Origin: Raillietiella orientalis
Lineage: Eukaryota
Direction of reading: 5' to 3'
Length of the DNA stretch: 45,506 bases
Assembly: GCA_036172245.1 (NCBI GenBank)
Contig: JAYWIR010000109.1
Location: forward strand, 124,001-169,506
Shown: positions 35,376-45,506 of the stretch, in pieces
Layout of the letters: the number at the start of each line of letters is the position of its first letter
Position numbering within the stretch: the first letter of the stretch is position 1
The notes under the pieces: generated by a model
Told to the model about the DNA's origin: nothing
Seen by the model: the letters and a program-made list of their open reading frames with translations, nothing else
Database searches by the model: none
Position numbers and translations under genes: made by a program

Positions 35376-37623
35376 CGTACGAGGAAAGCGACACCGCACG
35401 TACGTGCGACGCCGCACCTATAATGTAGCGTTCCGCCCGCGCGCCGTTCGATTTCGGCAGCCTGCTCGTCGGAGATGCTGTGAATCTCCTGCAGAAGCGT
35501 CAAGTCTAAGGCGCGCAGAGCGTTAGCCACTAGTCGCCTCTTCTCGTCGAGCTGGAGCCCTTTGACGTTCCAGCACCCTTTGACGTTGCCACACGACGAG
35601 AAGACGCGATTGCCCTCATCACGGCTGGGAAAGCGAGGCCGTGGTGGTCGTCTAAGCCGGCGAGCGGGCAGTAACCAGTACGACGGGCTGGAGGGCGCGG
35701 TCGCCACTGGCCTGCACCGTGCTGGCGTAATCGAGTGCTCCTCCCCGGGTGCAAAACCTGTGGGTTCCGGGGTGAGCACTCGCCGTTCCGCGGCGAGTGT
35801 GTCACGCCTCAGGGCTTCAGCCCTGCGGGCGTTCGCTCCGGCGCGAGTAACTCGTCGTTCAGCGGCGTTATCGGACTCCTTTACGGAGTCTGATGCTCGC
35901 GCGATCGACGTGCGTTTGCATCCGTCCGATCGCACCGGAATCGTCTTCTCGGCGGTCACAGAGGCGTACTTGCAATTGTTGACGGCGCTGGCTTTTTCCT
36001 GGGCAGAAGAACCCTCCGCGCGTGTTCGTATTCTCGTGACTGGTTTTTGCTTTGGAAGAGCTCAGGGATGAAGGCTGCGAAGTTTTTTTTGGAGATTTTT
36101 CTTTCCTCCTCTCCACAAACTTCCATTCGCCTTCACGATTTTCGGAGGCTTCCGCGTCAGAAGTTACGGAAACCTCCGGGATTTTCGCTGCGGTATCTGG
36201 AGGCGTTGCTTTCGCTACGCCTTTAAAAGGCGCCAACGGAGTCACCTTGGCAGTCGAGAGATTGCTCCCCTCCTGCCGAGTCGGCGATGGGGCGACGGCA
36301 TGCAGCGTGCTCTTCCGCTGCTTTTTACGCTTTCGTAGCCATCGCAGAGGGCCCTGCGTTGCATTGGGCCTCTGGGAAACTCGGAAGAGACATCGGAATG
36401 GCACAGGAAGTGCTCGTACTGTTGCGATCTTCCTGCTTTCCTACTTTGTGTCCAGGGGTTTTGGGATATTTCCTGGTTGCTGGCTCGGAAAGGTCCCGGC
36501 GAGTTCGGCAGCCAGGGCGGGCTCGGCACGCTTCGAGCCCTCGCATCCCTTTTTAATTTCCTTCCCCGCCGTGATTTCTCCCTTTCGAGGCGTTGCGGGC
36601 GGGGACGCCTGTTGTTTAGCCGCGTATTACTTGGCTCTTTTGCCAAGACTCCGCAGACACTGTTGTTTCTTGGGGGCAGCGGCCTTTCTTGCGTTGGTCT
36701 CTTGAACGCGACGAACTTACGCTGCTGCCCTTTTTTTTGCAAGTACCGGGCACTTTTTTATTTCGTGCCCGGTTTCTTTGCAGTAGCGGCATTTCGGGGT
36801 GGGACATTCCTTCATTCGGTGTCCCTCCTTGCCGCACTGCTCGCATGCGCGAGTGTGGCCTATGAACCACAGGTGAACGACCGTGCCGTTCACCTGCAGC
36901 TGCTCAGGCTCAACACGCCTGTTCGCGACGGTGATCTGCACGGAGACTTGTCCGATGTGGACAGAGGGGAAATCCTTTAGAGGATTTGGTCTCCTCCACA
37001 GAGCGTGCACGGTGGCGAACTTCGCTAGCACGCTGACGACATCGCTGTCGGAGATTTCCGGCTCGATGTCGCACAATTGAACAACAAAAGAGGCGTCCAT
37101 CACGGAGGGCAGGACTTCCTTGCCACCGATGGTCAGCGGACTACGGAGAAGGCGCTGCACAAATGCCGCGTTCTTGCACCGTATCTTCGTGTATTCCATC
37201 CTGCCTGCAGGCATGATGGCAAGTTCCTTCGAACGCCGATCCGGACGAGCTCATCGTTGAGCTCATGCGCGGTCCTCCCGTTAAGGGGACAACTGACCTT
37301 ATAACGGAGTGCGGGAATGTAGCCGGATGCCACATAGGCCTGCGACTCCGCATCGCAGGGTCCTGCTCCCTGGGAGGTGACGGCGGCGTAGCTCCTCACC
37401 GAAGGCGAGGAAACCGTCACGGAGGATGCGGCCGCTTCCATTCCAATTGAATTGGATTCAACGGCTTGCTCCTCCACACCATTCTCAGAACTGGACATGC
37501 TGCACAACGCTGCTTGGTTGACTTGGCAGAAACACACAAGTGCGAGCGAAAACGCAGGCACAAATATGCTCAATCGCGGACGGGGTGAGAAGGGAAAACA
37601 CGTCTGTACTGTGGGAGCGCAGA
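35376..37623 (-). mobile_element. Tx1-like LINE 5' portion: 5'UTR, frameshifted ORF1 (ATG 37498) and start of the ORF2 endonuclease (ATG 35619)
   Basis: ORF1 has RSYAAV and two CCHC knuckles (CEQCGKEGHRMKEC, CRYCKETGHEIKKC). ORF2 begins with APE motifs WNVKGL, LLQEIH and GVAFL, then breaks at 35376. Confidence 0.9.
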
Positions 37624-39757
37624 TTTCTCACCCGGTCACGCAGGGGCGTTTATTTCATATAACATAAACAAAAACAATTATATAAAATAATCCAGTTGGG
37701 AACCCTGCTCCCAACCGACGACTGAACAAGGATCAAGAGTAGATTGCTGGCACTGAGGCCAGAATAACACAGAACGGTGTGGGGAACTGGGAACACAAAC
37801 AAACAAATACAAAAGAAAAAGAAATCAATGGGGACGCCATGACAAGGGACTTTGGGATTGCTCTGGTTCGCACTGGGATAAAAGTAATCCCACCGGCAGT
37901 TTAGCAGAGCGAGCGGGGAAGAGGTATGGGTGGGCTACAGTTCAGAGTGATCACCGGATTACGCCGTTCTTGAAAGTCTGTAAACCGGCGATGGATGCCG
38001 GTGATGTCCTCTTTGACCTCTTCACGAAGATGAGGCCACATAGCAGCCTTTTCCATGGATTCTGCTGCAAACCGGTGAGCCTCCCTTCGCTGCGCCGACA
38101 ACTCAAGGGCGTAGCGGGCCTTCACGATGTAGCGAATGCAGCACATGGTTGCGACAATCGCGCCTACCGAAAGTCCATTCCTGCTGAAGAATCGTCGCAG
38201 CACATCAATGGCAGTGCCACCCTGCGGCAGGATGGCTGAAATCAACCTTCGCCACAGTTCACGGAGGTCACCAGCAAGAGGTGCGTAAAAGACTCGATCT
38301 CTCCGCACCTCAAACAGTTTGGCAGAGCAGCTCCCCCGGAAACGATGCTTCGTTGCCTATTACAGTGGAAGCCCCAGTGTAAAAAGAGTAGCACATCTTG
38401 TTTCCACTTTAAGGGGAACACTGAGCTGTCCAAACAAACGGGGGGAACCACCAGCTCTTCGGGGGTTACACTTAAATGTTCACTCCATCGAAGCAGGCCC
38501 TTCGCCCGATTACGAGGAGTGGCAGTTTCCACCAGCTCCTTTGTCGTCCAGCCGCCGAGGAGCATACAGACTCCCGCTATTGTGCAGAACTCCCATTTCG
38601 CCGGTAGGCAACTGTCGTCGCTTGCCCTGAGGGCAGACAGCGCTGCGGCGAGTGGTGTGGCGGCCAGACGATCCGTCTTCTTGTCCTGCATGACTTCGTC
38701 CATTGGATGACTGAGGAGAAGTCGCAGGCGTCGAAGATCTTCCGGGCGCGTTCCTTCGGAAGCTGCCCACGATGAAAAAAATTCCTGCCGCCATGCATTA
38801 ATGTTCATGGGCGGCAGGAGATCCAACATTGGGCTTCCAGCAGTGAGGACAGCTGCCTCAGCGGGAAGCCAAACCCCATTCTGGTGTGCGGAAAGTGGGG
38901 CAGCAACGAAAGCAGTCCCTCGCTTCCTGTGCAGCGCCTTAGTATAAGGCGTGTGGGTAAGCACCACGGCGTACACCACAGCCTGGCACAGAGCCGCAGC
39001 ATTCGAAACTGCACCTGCAGCTCGACGCTGTTTAAGTCGAGGATGCCCGAGCCTGCATCCTGACGCGGCGCCACTAAGTCTTTAAGTCTTTCGCGAGATC
39101 TTGCAGCGCCCCACAACGTTTTGCGTAGGGGGCGCTGCGCCCAGACTTTGAATTCCTGGTGGGGTGGCCAAACAGAAAACAGGGGGCGGAGGAGGGGGGC
39201 AACGAAGGTGTTCCAGATGATGGCCGGTTCCGGCAAGACGAATTCGCCTCCTGAGAACGGGCCAAGTGCACGCTCTGCCTTCCGAAGACAGCCCGACCAC
39301 GCTTCTGAGATGCAGAAGTCTCCCAACGGCACGCCAAGGTACCTCAGGTACCTGTTCGTGGGGATCCCCAGGCGGATCCTGTCGGACTGCCCCTCCGACA
39401 TCGCTCCCACCGCAACAACCATGCACTTGCTCCTGTTGACGCTCACGCCCGCACCGCGGCGGATCAACTCAAAGAAATTTTCAAGCGACGCCGCCGGGGT
39501 GGACATGGACAATAGGAGAAGCAGGTCGTCGGCATGGGCTGCCAAGGCCGGCGTACCTGGACAGGAGCTCGGCAGGTTGGCTAGCGTCAGCCTGTAAGCC
39601 TCCAGCACCAATTCGAAATAGCTGCTAAAGAGCGGCGGGCTTAAGCTATTGTCCTGCCTAATTCCTCGCCGTACCGGCACGCCGTATACGCGACAGCCAC
39701 AAAACAATGGATGTAATCGCGTGGCGCCAGTAGGAGCGCAAGTACGGCAACAGGGAT
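37624..39757 (-). mobile_element. Tx1-like LINE copy D (divergent subfamily; RT C-terminal half through 3' end)
   Basis: GIRQDNSLSPPLF, AHADDL, RYLG and CLRCGEIESFTHLLL motifs; terminal motif at 37624-37654. Confidence 0.9.
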
Positions 39758-39779
39758 GCCGTACTTGCGCTTGCCGTAC

Positions 39780-40745
39780 GAGGGTATTACACATTTTAGT
39801 GCATTATTCATTGGGAATTTTACATGGAGGTAATTATCTTGTGGGTAGAGAGAGGAAGACTAGTCATAGGAGGTGTACCATTGCGGGGGAGAGCTTTTTC
39901 TGTAGCAGACAACGGATTCTGTTTTGTTGAATTAATCATATGCAGGGGGTTACAAGTTATTAGGGGAGTTATTCTAGGGAGATTGACGGTGTTTGCGGGA
40001 AGCTGGACTTGGCCTGGGGCAGAAATCATTTGGGATGGGGAAACTGAGCTTGAACGAGAACGAAAACTGGAAATCTTCGCATTATGCAAGGGGATCTCTG
40101 AAGATGATCTTTTGGGATATAATGGTATTCCAGCAGGAGAGGTGTTTTTCAGGAAAACACATTCCCTTGTTGCAAGCTCTGCAAACGAGGAAGTGTTTTC
40201 GAAAGGATAAATTATGGCAGGAAAGAAAATGGTGTTTCAATTTTTCAATAGGATTCTCCTGAATGCTCGTATTAGTTAAGAATGAGCAAGTCGGGATTAA
40301 GCATTTAAAGCTAGAAGCAATGGGAAATTTAACCAGCAATAACTGATTTGTAGTTAATGCGAGGTCATCATTGCATATGGGTCGCAACTTTACAAAACTT
40401 AGAGGGGGTGTGGTCGATTGTGGACGAAGTGGTGAGGACGAATGAGACTTCGGAGCATGAAATGCAGATTTTGAGTAAGCATCACAAGATCGCAGGGAAC
40501 ATTGCCACAAATTTTGCTAATTGGGCTGGAAAACCTGACCTGTTTGACAGAACTAATTAAAGGTTTAGAACTAATTAAAGTAACATGCAAATCTTTGGAA
40601 TTTGGTACAAGTGAAGAATTGTCAGAGAGACCAGAGGGCGAACAAGATTGCAATATGTTCTCAGGAATGATTGCAGGAGGCGAATCCATAGGCGGATTAA
40701 TAGCAATGTCCGACATAGGCATAGGTGAGGAATCCCAACACATCC
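39780..40745 (-). mobile_element. AT-rich fragment resembling the N-terminal zinc-finger region of a NeSL/Utopia-type (RLE) retrotransposon
   Basis: LLVKFPIASSFKCLIPTC...LKHHFLSCH...CRACNKGMCFPEKHLSC gives FP-Cx4C...Hx4H...Cx2C...HxxC, flanked by Ser/Pro-rich sequence. Contains a frameshift and stops. Confidence 0.55.
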
Positions 40746-42768
40746 GTTAGCTCCCGAGTCGTACACGTCTTTAAAGGTTTTCTCCTGCCTCGCATGAGGC
40801 AGGACACTTCCCACGATGCCCGCTCGTTGCTGCTCCTAATGTTTTTCAGGGAGGACAGAACGGGGGCAAGGGGGGTGATAGAAGCCCACAGAAACTTCCG
40901 GGGCGTGTTGACAATCTCCTGCAGCGGCTGTCGAGCGTACGGTCCTCGACGTAGGCAGTTGTATTCCGGCTCGCTCGTGCCGTTGATCTTAGCCCACGCG
41001 GAGACTGACTCCTAAAGCCAGGCAGTGCAGTTCGCGGGGAGGCAGGAGATCCAGGTATTCTCTCTCATCAGGGCGACCATCTGGCGCAGATGGAAGCCCC
41101 AGGTGGTACTGAGGCTGCGCTGGTAGGTCACGAGGATCGAGGACAATCCTTCGCAGCCGGTCGCTTTTCTGGCGAGGACCCGTGCCGGATCGCACCATGG
41201 CGTCATCCATAAGCTAGCCGCGAGGGCTAGCTTTCGAAATGAAATTTGGTGTTGCATGCGCTCCATCGCAAGGAGGCCCAAACCACCGTCCCTGCGTGGA
41301 GCGCACAAGTCTTTCAATCGGACTCGCGACCTCGCTGTGCCCCAAAGGGCAGTCCTCTAGAGGGCTTTGGTCCATCTCTGTATGATGGGAGGGGCGGGGC
41401 AAACAAAAAGTAAGGGGCGAAGGAGGGAGGCCGCAAACGCGCTCCACGCCGCGGCCCGTTCATGCAGGAAGAACCTGCCGTCCTGGAACGGGCCGATCGC
41501 CGCCTGAGCCTTCTGAAGGCAGCCGGACCACGCTTCCGCAGATGAGTAATCCCCCAACGGCACACCAAGGTACTTGAACTACCTCACCGTGGGGATCCCC
41601 AAACGGACCCAGTCCTGCTGCCCTGCCCAAGCCGCTCCGACTGGCATTACGGACGACTTCGCCCTGTTCACCGTCAGTCCTGTTCCCCGACTCAGCAGGT
41701 CGAAGAAGTCCTCGACCGCCGAGGCCGGGGTGGACATAGGCAGCAGCAGCAGAAGGTCGTCCGCGTACGCCGAAACCGCTGGCGTACCGGGACAATCGCA
41801 CGGCAGGTGCGCCAGAGTCTCCCTGTACGCTCTCAGCACCAATTAGAAATGGGCGCTGAAGAGCAAGGGGCTGAGACTGTCTCCCTGCCGTATGCCGCGT
41901 CGCACCGGTACGCCGTACACGGTGGATCCACTGAAAAAGACATTAATAAGCGATTCGCGCCAGCTGGAGCGCAGGTAGGCCAGCAAAGAGGCCGGGAAGC
42001 CCAAGCGTTCCAGAAGCTATAAAAGGAGATTCTGGTCGACGCAATCGAACGCTTTACGCAGATCGACTGCGACCGCAAGGGCACCGGGCGCGGCTCTTCC
42101 ATGAAGGGCGTCCCCTCCCTGGTCAGAGGAGAATCCAGGATTCTCTTGACCTCCCTGGTCTTCGCTTTGTTGCAACTGCCACCATGTACTGGCGAGGAAC
42201 AGGTTGGCCTCCATGCTTCGTCCGGGAACAGCGTATGTCTGCTCCGGACTCACCACGGATTCCGCCACCCGTCCCAGTCGCTCAGCCCAAAGCTTGGCAA
42301 GCAACTTCGCATCCGCATTCACTACTCTGATGGGACGCCAGTTGCCTACGTTGCGATTGTCTCCTCCTTTCGGCAGGAGACGTATTCTAGCTGACCGGAA
42401 CGATTTGGGGACGTCCCCTTGTTCTCGGATCAGCATGCAAAGCCCATGCACCAGGGGGGCCAGCTCCGCCACGAAGCCTTGGTAGAACTCCGCGGGCAGA
42501 CCGTCTTCCCCTGGTACTTTCCTCTTTCTGAGCTTTCCGATGGCGGAGACGATCTCCGTCATCGAGAAAGGTTCCTCGAGTTGATGTGTCTGCTCCTCCT
42601 GTAGCGCGGGGGCGCCTTGCGGCAGCAAGCGCTGCGCCACGGCGCGCTCTGTTGTTCTACGCGCGTACAAGAAGGAGGAATAGTCAGGCAGGATGCGGTT
42701 TCTTTTCGCCGGAGCTGAGCATTCCTGGCCTTGGGCATCCAGCAAGCTGGCCGACCCGGATTGCCAGG
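40746..42768 (-). mobile_element. Tx1-like LINE internal ORF2 fragment (copy D2; lacks both ends)
   Basis: VPGEDGLPAEFY, NWRPI, AVDLRKAFDCVD and AYADDL motifs. Breaks off after WEVSCLM and has no terminal motif. Confidence 0.9.
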
Positions 42769-45230
42769 TTTTTCACCCGGGTAAGCCGGGGCTTTTATTA
42801 TTAAAATTTTTTGAGATTACAAAAAATTCCATAACAGAGTCTGAATTTTTTCACCAAAAATCTCATTTTCTGTTCAGGATGTCTAGAAGTTCATAAACGT
42901 TTAGTGGCACTTGTCCTTACCGACCCGGAGGCCGATAAGGTCCTTCACTGGCGCCGGGACGGGAAAAATAAAAGAAAACAAAAACAAAAAAAAGAAAAAC
43001 GTCTGGAGGGCAATGTTTTTGGGGAGGGAGGGAGGGGATCACGGTGCGCCGTGAGCAGGCCTTTGCATCCGGTTTCGGATGCGAACAAGTGCCGGCAAAT
43101 GTTTTTGAAGTCGGCGCCAACGGCACGCTTTCTCCAAGGAGATCGCTGCCCAGTGGATGGCATTCCGGCTGCTCCTTCCTCTCCTAGACGCGGTCCACTT
43201 CTCCAGGATACCGCGTATGCAGCAGAGCACTGATACGCTCCCGGAGGCTGGCAAGCCGTCTTGCGTCAGGAGGCGTCTGAATAAATTTTTCGGGTCACCC
43301 CCCGGAATGTTGAGGATCGACGAGAGTCTGTCCCACATTTCGCGGAGGGCAACACACTCCAGAATCAAGTGGGGGAAGGTCTCCCTTTCCCCGCACTCTG
43401 CACAACTAGCATCCACATTCTCCGATGTCCAGTGAGACAGGCGTGCTCTGCTTAAAAGTCCCCAATGGAACAGAAGCAACGCCGTCTCCTGCCACTGCAG
43501 GGGAAGGGTGCCGTTGTCCCAAGACGCTGGGGGCCACTTCATCTCCTCCGGAGCTACGTTGAGCAGCGCGCCCCAGCGTACAAGTCCACTCGGCGGGACA
43601 CTCGGGGTACTAGCGTCCGCTAGTTCCCTCGGCGTCCACGCCTTCATCCGTTTTTTCCTGCCTCCGATGAGGCAGGACACTTCCCACGATGCCTGTTGGT
43701 GGCTGTCCCGAACTTCCCTGAGGGAGGGCAGCACTGGGGCAAGGGGGGTGAAGGAAGCCCACAGAAGTTTCCGTGGGTTGGAAACGATCTCCTGGAGTGG
43801 CTGACCAGCGTGCCTCCCTCTGCGGAGGCAGGAGAAGTCCTCCTCGCTGGTGCCATTGATCTTCGCCCATGCGGAAACAGACTCCTGAAGCCAGGTAGTC
43901 CAGTCCGCTGGGATGCAGGAGATCCAAGGGTTGTCTCTCATCAGGGCAACCAAGTCCCGCAGCTGATAACCACAATGGTTCAGGCTGCGTTCGTTGGCTA
44001 CCAGGATTGAAGTCAATCCGAAGCAGCCGGTTGCCCTGTGAGCGGGCCGATCGCCAGCTCCACTTTTTGTAGATGGTCGGACCAGGCTTCTGCAGAGCAG
44101 AAGTCCCCCAACGGAACGCCAAGGTGCTTGACGTACCTGCCCGTGGGGATCTCCAAGCGGATCCAGTCCGACCGTCCGGCCCTCGTCGAGTCGGTGAGAA
44201 GCAACGACGACTTCGTCCTGTTTACCTGGAGGCCTGTCCCACGGTATAGCAACTCGAAGAAATCCTCGAGCGCCGATGCCGGGGTGGACCCGGGAAGCAG
44301 GAGCAGAAGATCGTCTGCATAGGCCGACACGGCAGGCGTGCCGGGACACGAGCTCGGCAGAGTTGCCAAAGTCTCCCTGTATGCTCTCAGCACCAACTCA
44401 AAGTAGATGCTGAAGAGCAGGGGGCTGAGACTGTCACCCTGCCGGATGCCACGACGAACCGGCACGCCGAACACGTGCCGGCCGCTGAAATTAATATTGA
44501 TGAACGCGAAGCGCCAGCAGGAGCGTAGGTAGGCCAGGAAGACGGCCGGAAATCCCAAGCGTTCGAGGAGCTCCAGAAGGAGCTCCTGGTCGCCGCAGTC
44601 GAAAGCTTTACGCAAATCGACTGCGACCGCAAGGGCTCCAGGCGCCGCTTCTTCTTCCCGGGTTCCCTCCCCCCTGTCAATGGAGAGTCCAGGACTTTCC
44701 CGACGTAGCTGCGCCTCGCGTTGTTGCAACTGCCAGAAGGTGCTGGCGAGGAACAGGTTGGCCTCCATGCTTCGTCCGGCATACGTAGTTTTAGCACCAG
44801 GGGGCCAGCTCTGCCGCGAAGCCTTGGTAGAACTCCGCGGGCAGACCGTCTTCCCCTGGTGCTTTCCTCTTTCTGAGCTTTCCGATGGCGGAGACGATCT
44901 CCGCCATCGAGAAAGGCTCCTCGAGTTGATGTGTCTGCTGCTCCTTTAGCGCGGGCGCGCCTTGCGGCAGCAAGCGCTGCGCCACGGCGCGCTCTGTTGT
45001 TCTACGCGCGTACAAGGAGGAGTAATAATCCCGCAGGATGCGGTTTCTTTTCGCCGGAGCTGAGCATTCCTGGCCTTGGGCGTCCAGCAAGCTGGCCGAC
45101 CCGGATTGCCAGGTCTGTCGCTCAGCCCCAGCTTTATACTCCGCCAGGCGTCGAACGTCGGGAGTCCTAGAGTAAAGACGGGCGTGGTGGTATGCCCGGT
45201 CGTTCCTCAGCCTTTCGCGGAAACCTGGAC
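42769..45230 (-). mobile_element. Tx1-like LINE copy E (5'-truncated; internal deletions near 44040 and 44790)
   Basis: APGEDGLPAEFY, GIRQGDSLSPLLF, AYADDL and CAECGERETFPHLILEC motifs; terminal motif at 42769-42799. Confidence 0.92.
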
Positions 45231-45506
45231 GGGAGTCCACTGCGGAACTGGTCTTGCGGGATTGAGAGAGGCACGAATCATGCCTACTGATATTCCGATG
45301 GCTGGAATTTCTTCATATAGATTGTGATTATTGACATCTATGATGCCATATAGACCGGGGGTGCCGTCTACAACCTGAGTTGGTAGAGGCGGGAAGGATG
45401 GGTACAAATGTTGCCCATTCTTGGTTGTCGTCGCGCCTAATCCAGTTAGATATAGGCGGATGGGTTCGACAAGGTTGAAGGACTGAACTCCCGCCTGCTG
45501 AACAGT
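45231..45506 (-). other. Endogenous partiti-like (dsRNA) virus capsid fragment, running off the window edge
   Basis: Frame is open from the window end: TVQQAGVQSFNLVEPIRLYLTGLGATTTKNGQHLYPSFPPLPTQVVDGTPGLYGIIDVNNHNLYEEIPAIGIS. PIxLYLxxxG, GQHLYP and HNLYEEIP are recalled from arthropod partiti-like capsids. Confidence 0.7.

Noticed and set aside
27207..42799. Terminal motif as a true CRISPR repeat
   Set aside because: Copies are degenerate, 0.45-5 kb apart and attached to LINE 3'UTRs, with no cas genes in a eukaryotic context. Any similarity is only an analogy.

Overview
Eukaryotic genomic DNA, most likely from an arthropod (spliceosomal introns, Wolbachia-like inserts, arthropod-virus-like inserts). 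1-14 kb is GC-rich and low-complexity, with mostly spurious ORFs, the last three exons of a kringle-plus-transmembrane gene (9874-11092) and a lone 5S rRNA variant. 14-25 kb is AT-rich and holds a mosaic of short Wolbachia-like fragments (nuoG, IS630, valS) followed by a piggyBac relic. 25.5-45.5 kb is a dense, mostly minus-strand array of Tx1-like (L1-clade) non-LTR retrotransposon pieces from several subfamilies. They share a ~30-nt terminal motif and covarying 3'UTR hairpins. Foreign pieces sit at their 5'-truncation points or inside a 3'UTR: a CRESS-DNA virus rep with its TAGTATTAC origin, a partiti-like virus capsid fragment, a NeSL/Utopia-like zinc-finger fragment and an unidentified ORF. 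All four foreign pieces code on the minus strand. This suggests (inference) a LINE-driven archive of invader sequences, similar to a piRNA cluster. Family assignments come from recalled motifs; no searches were run.
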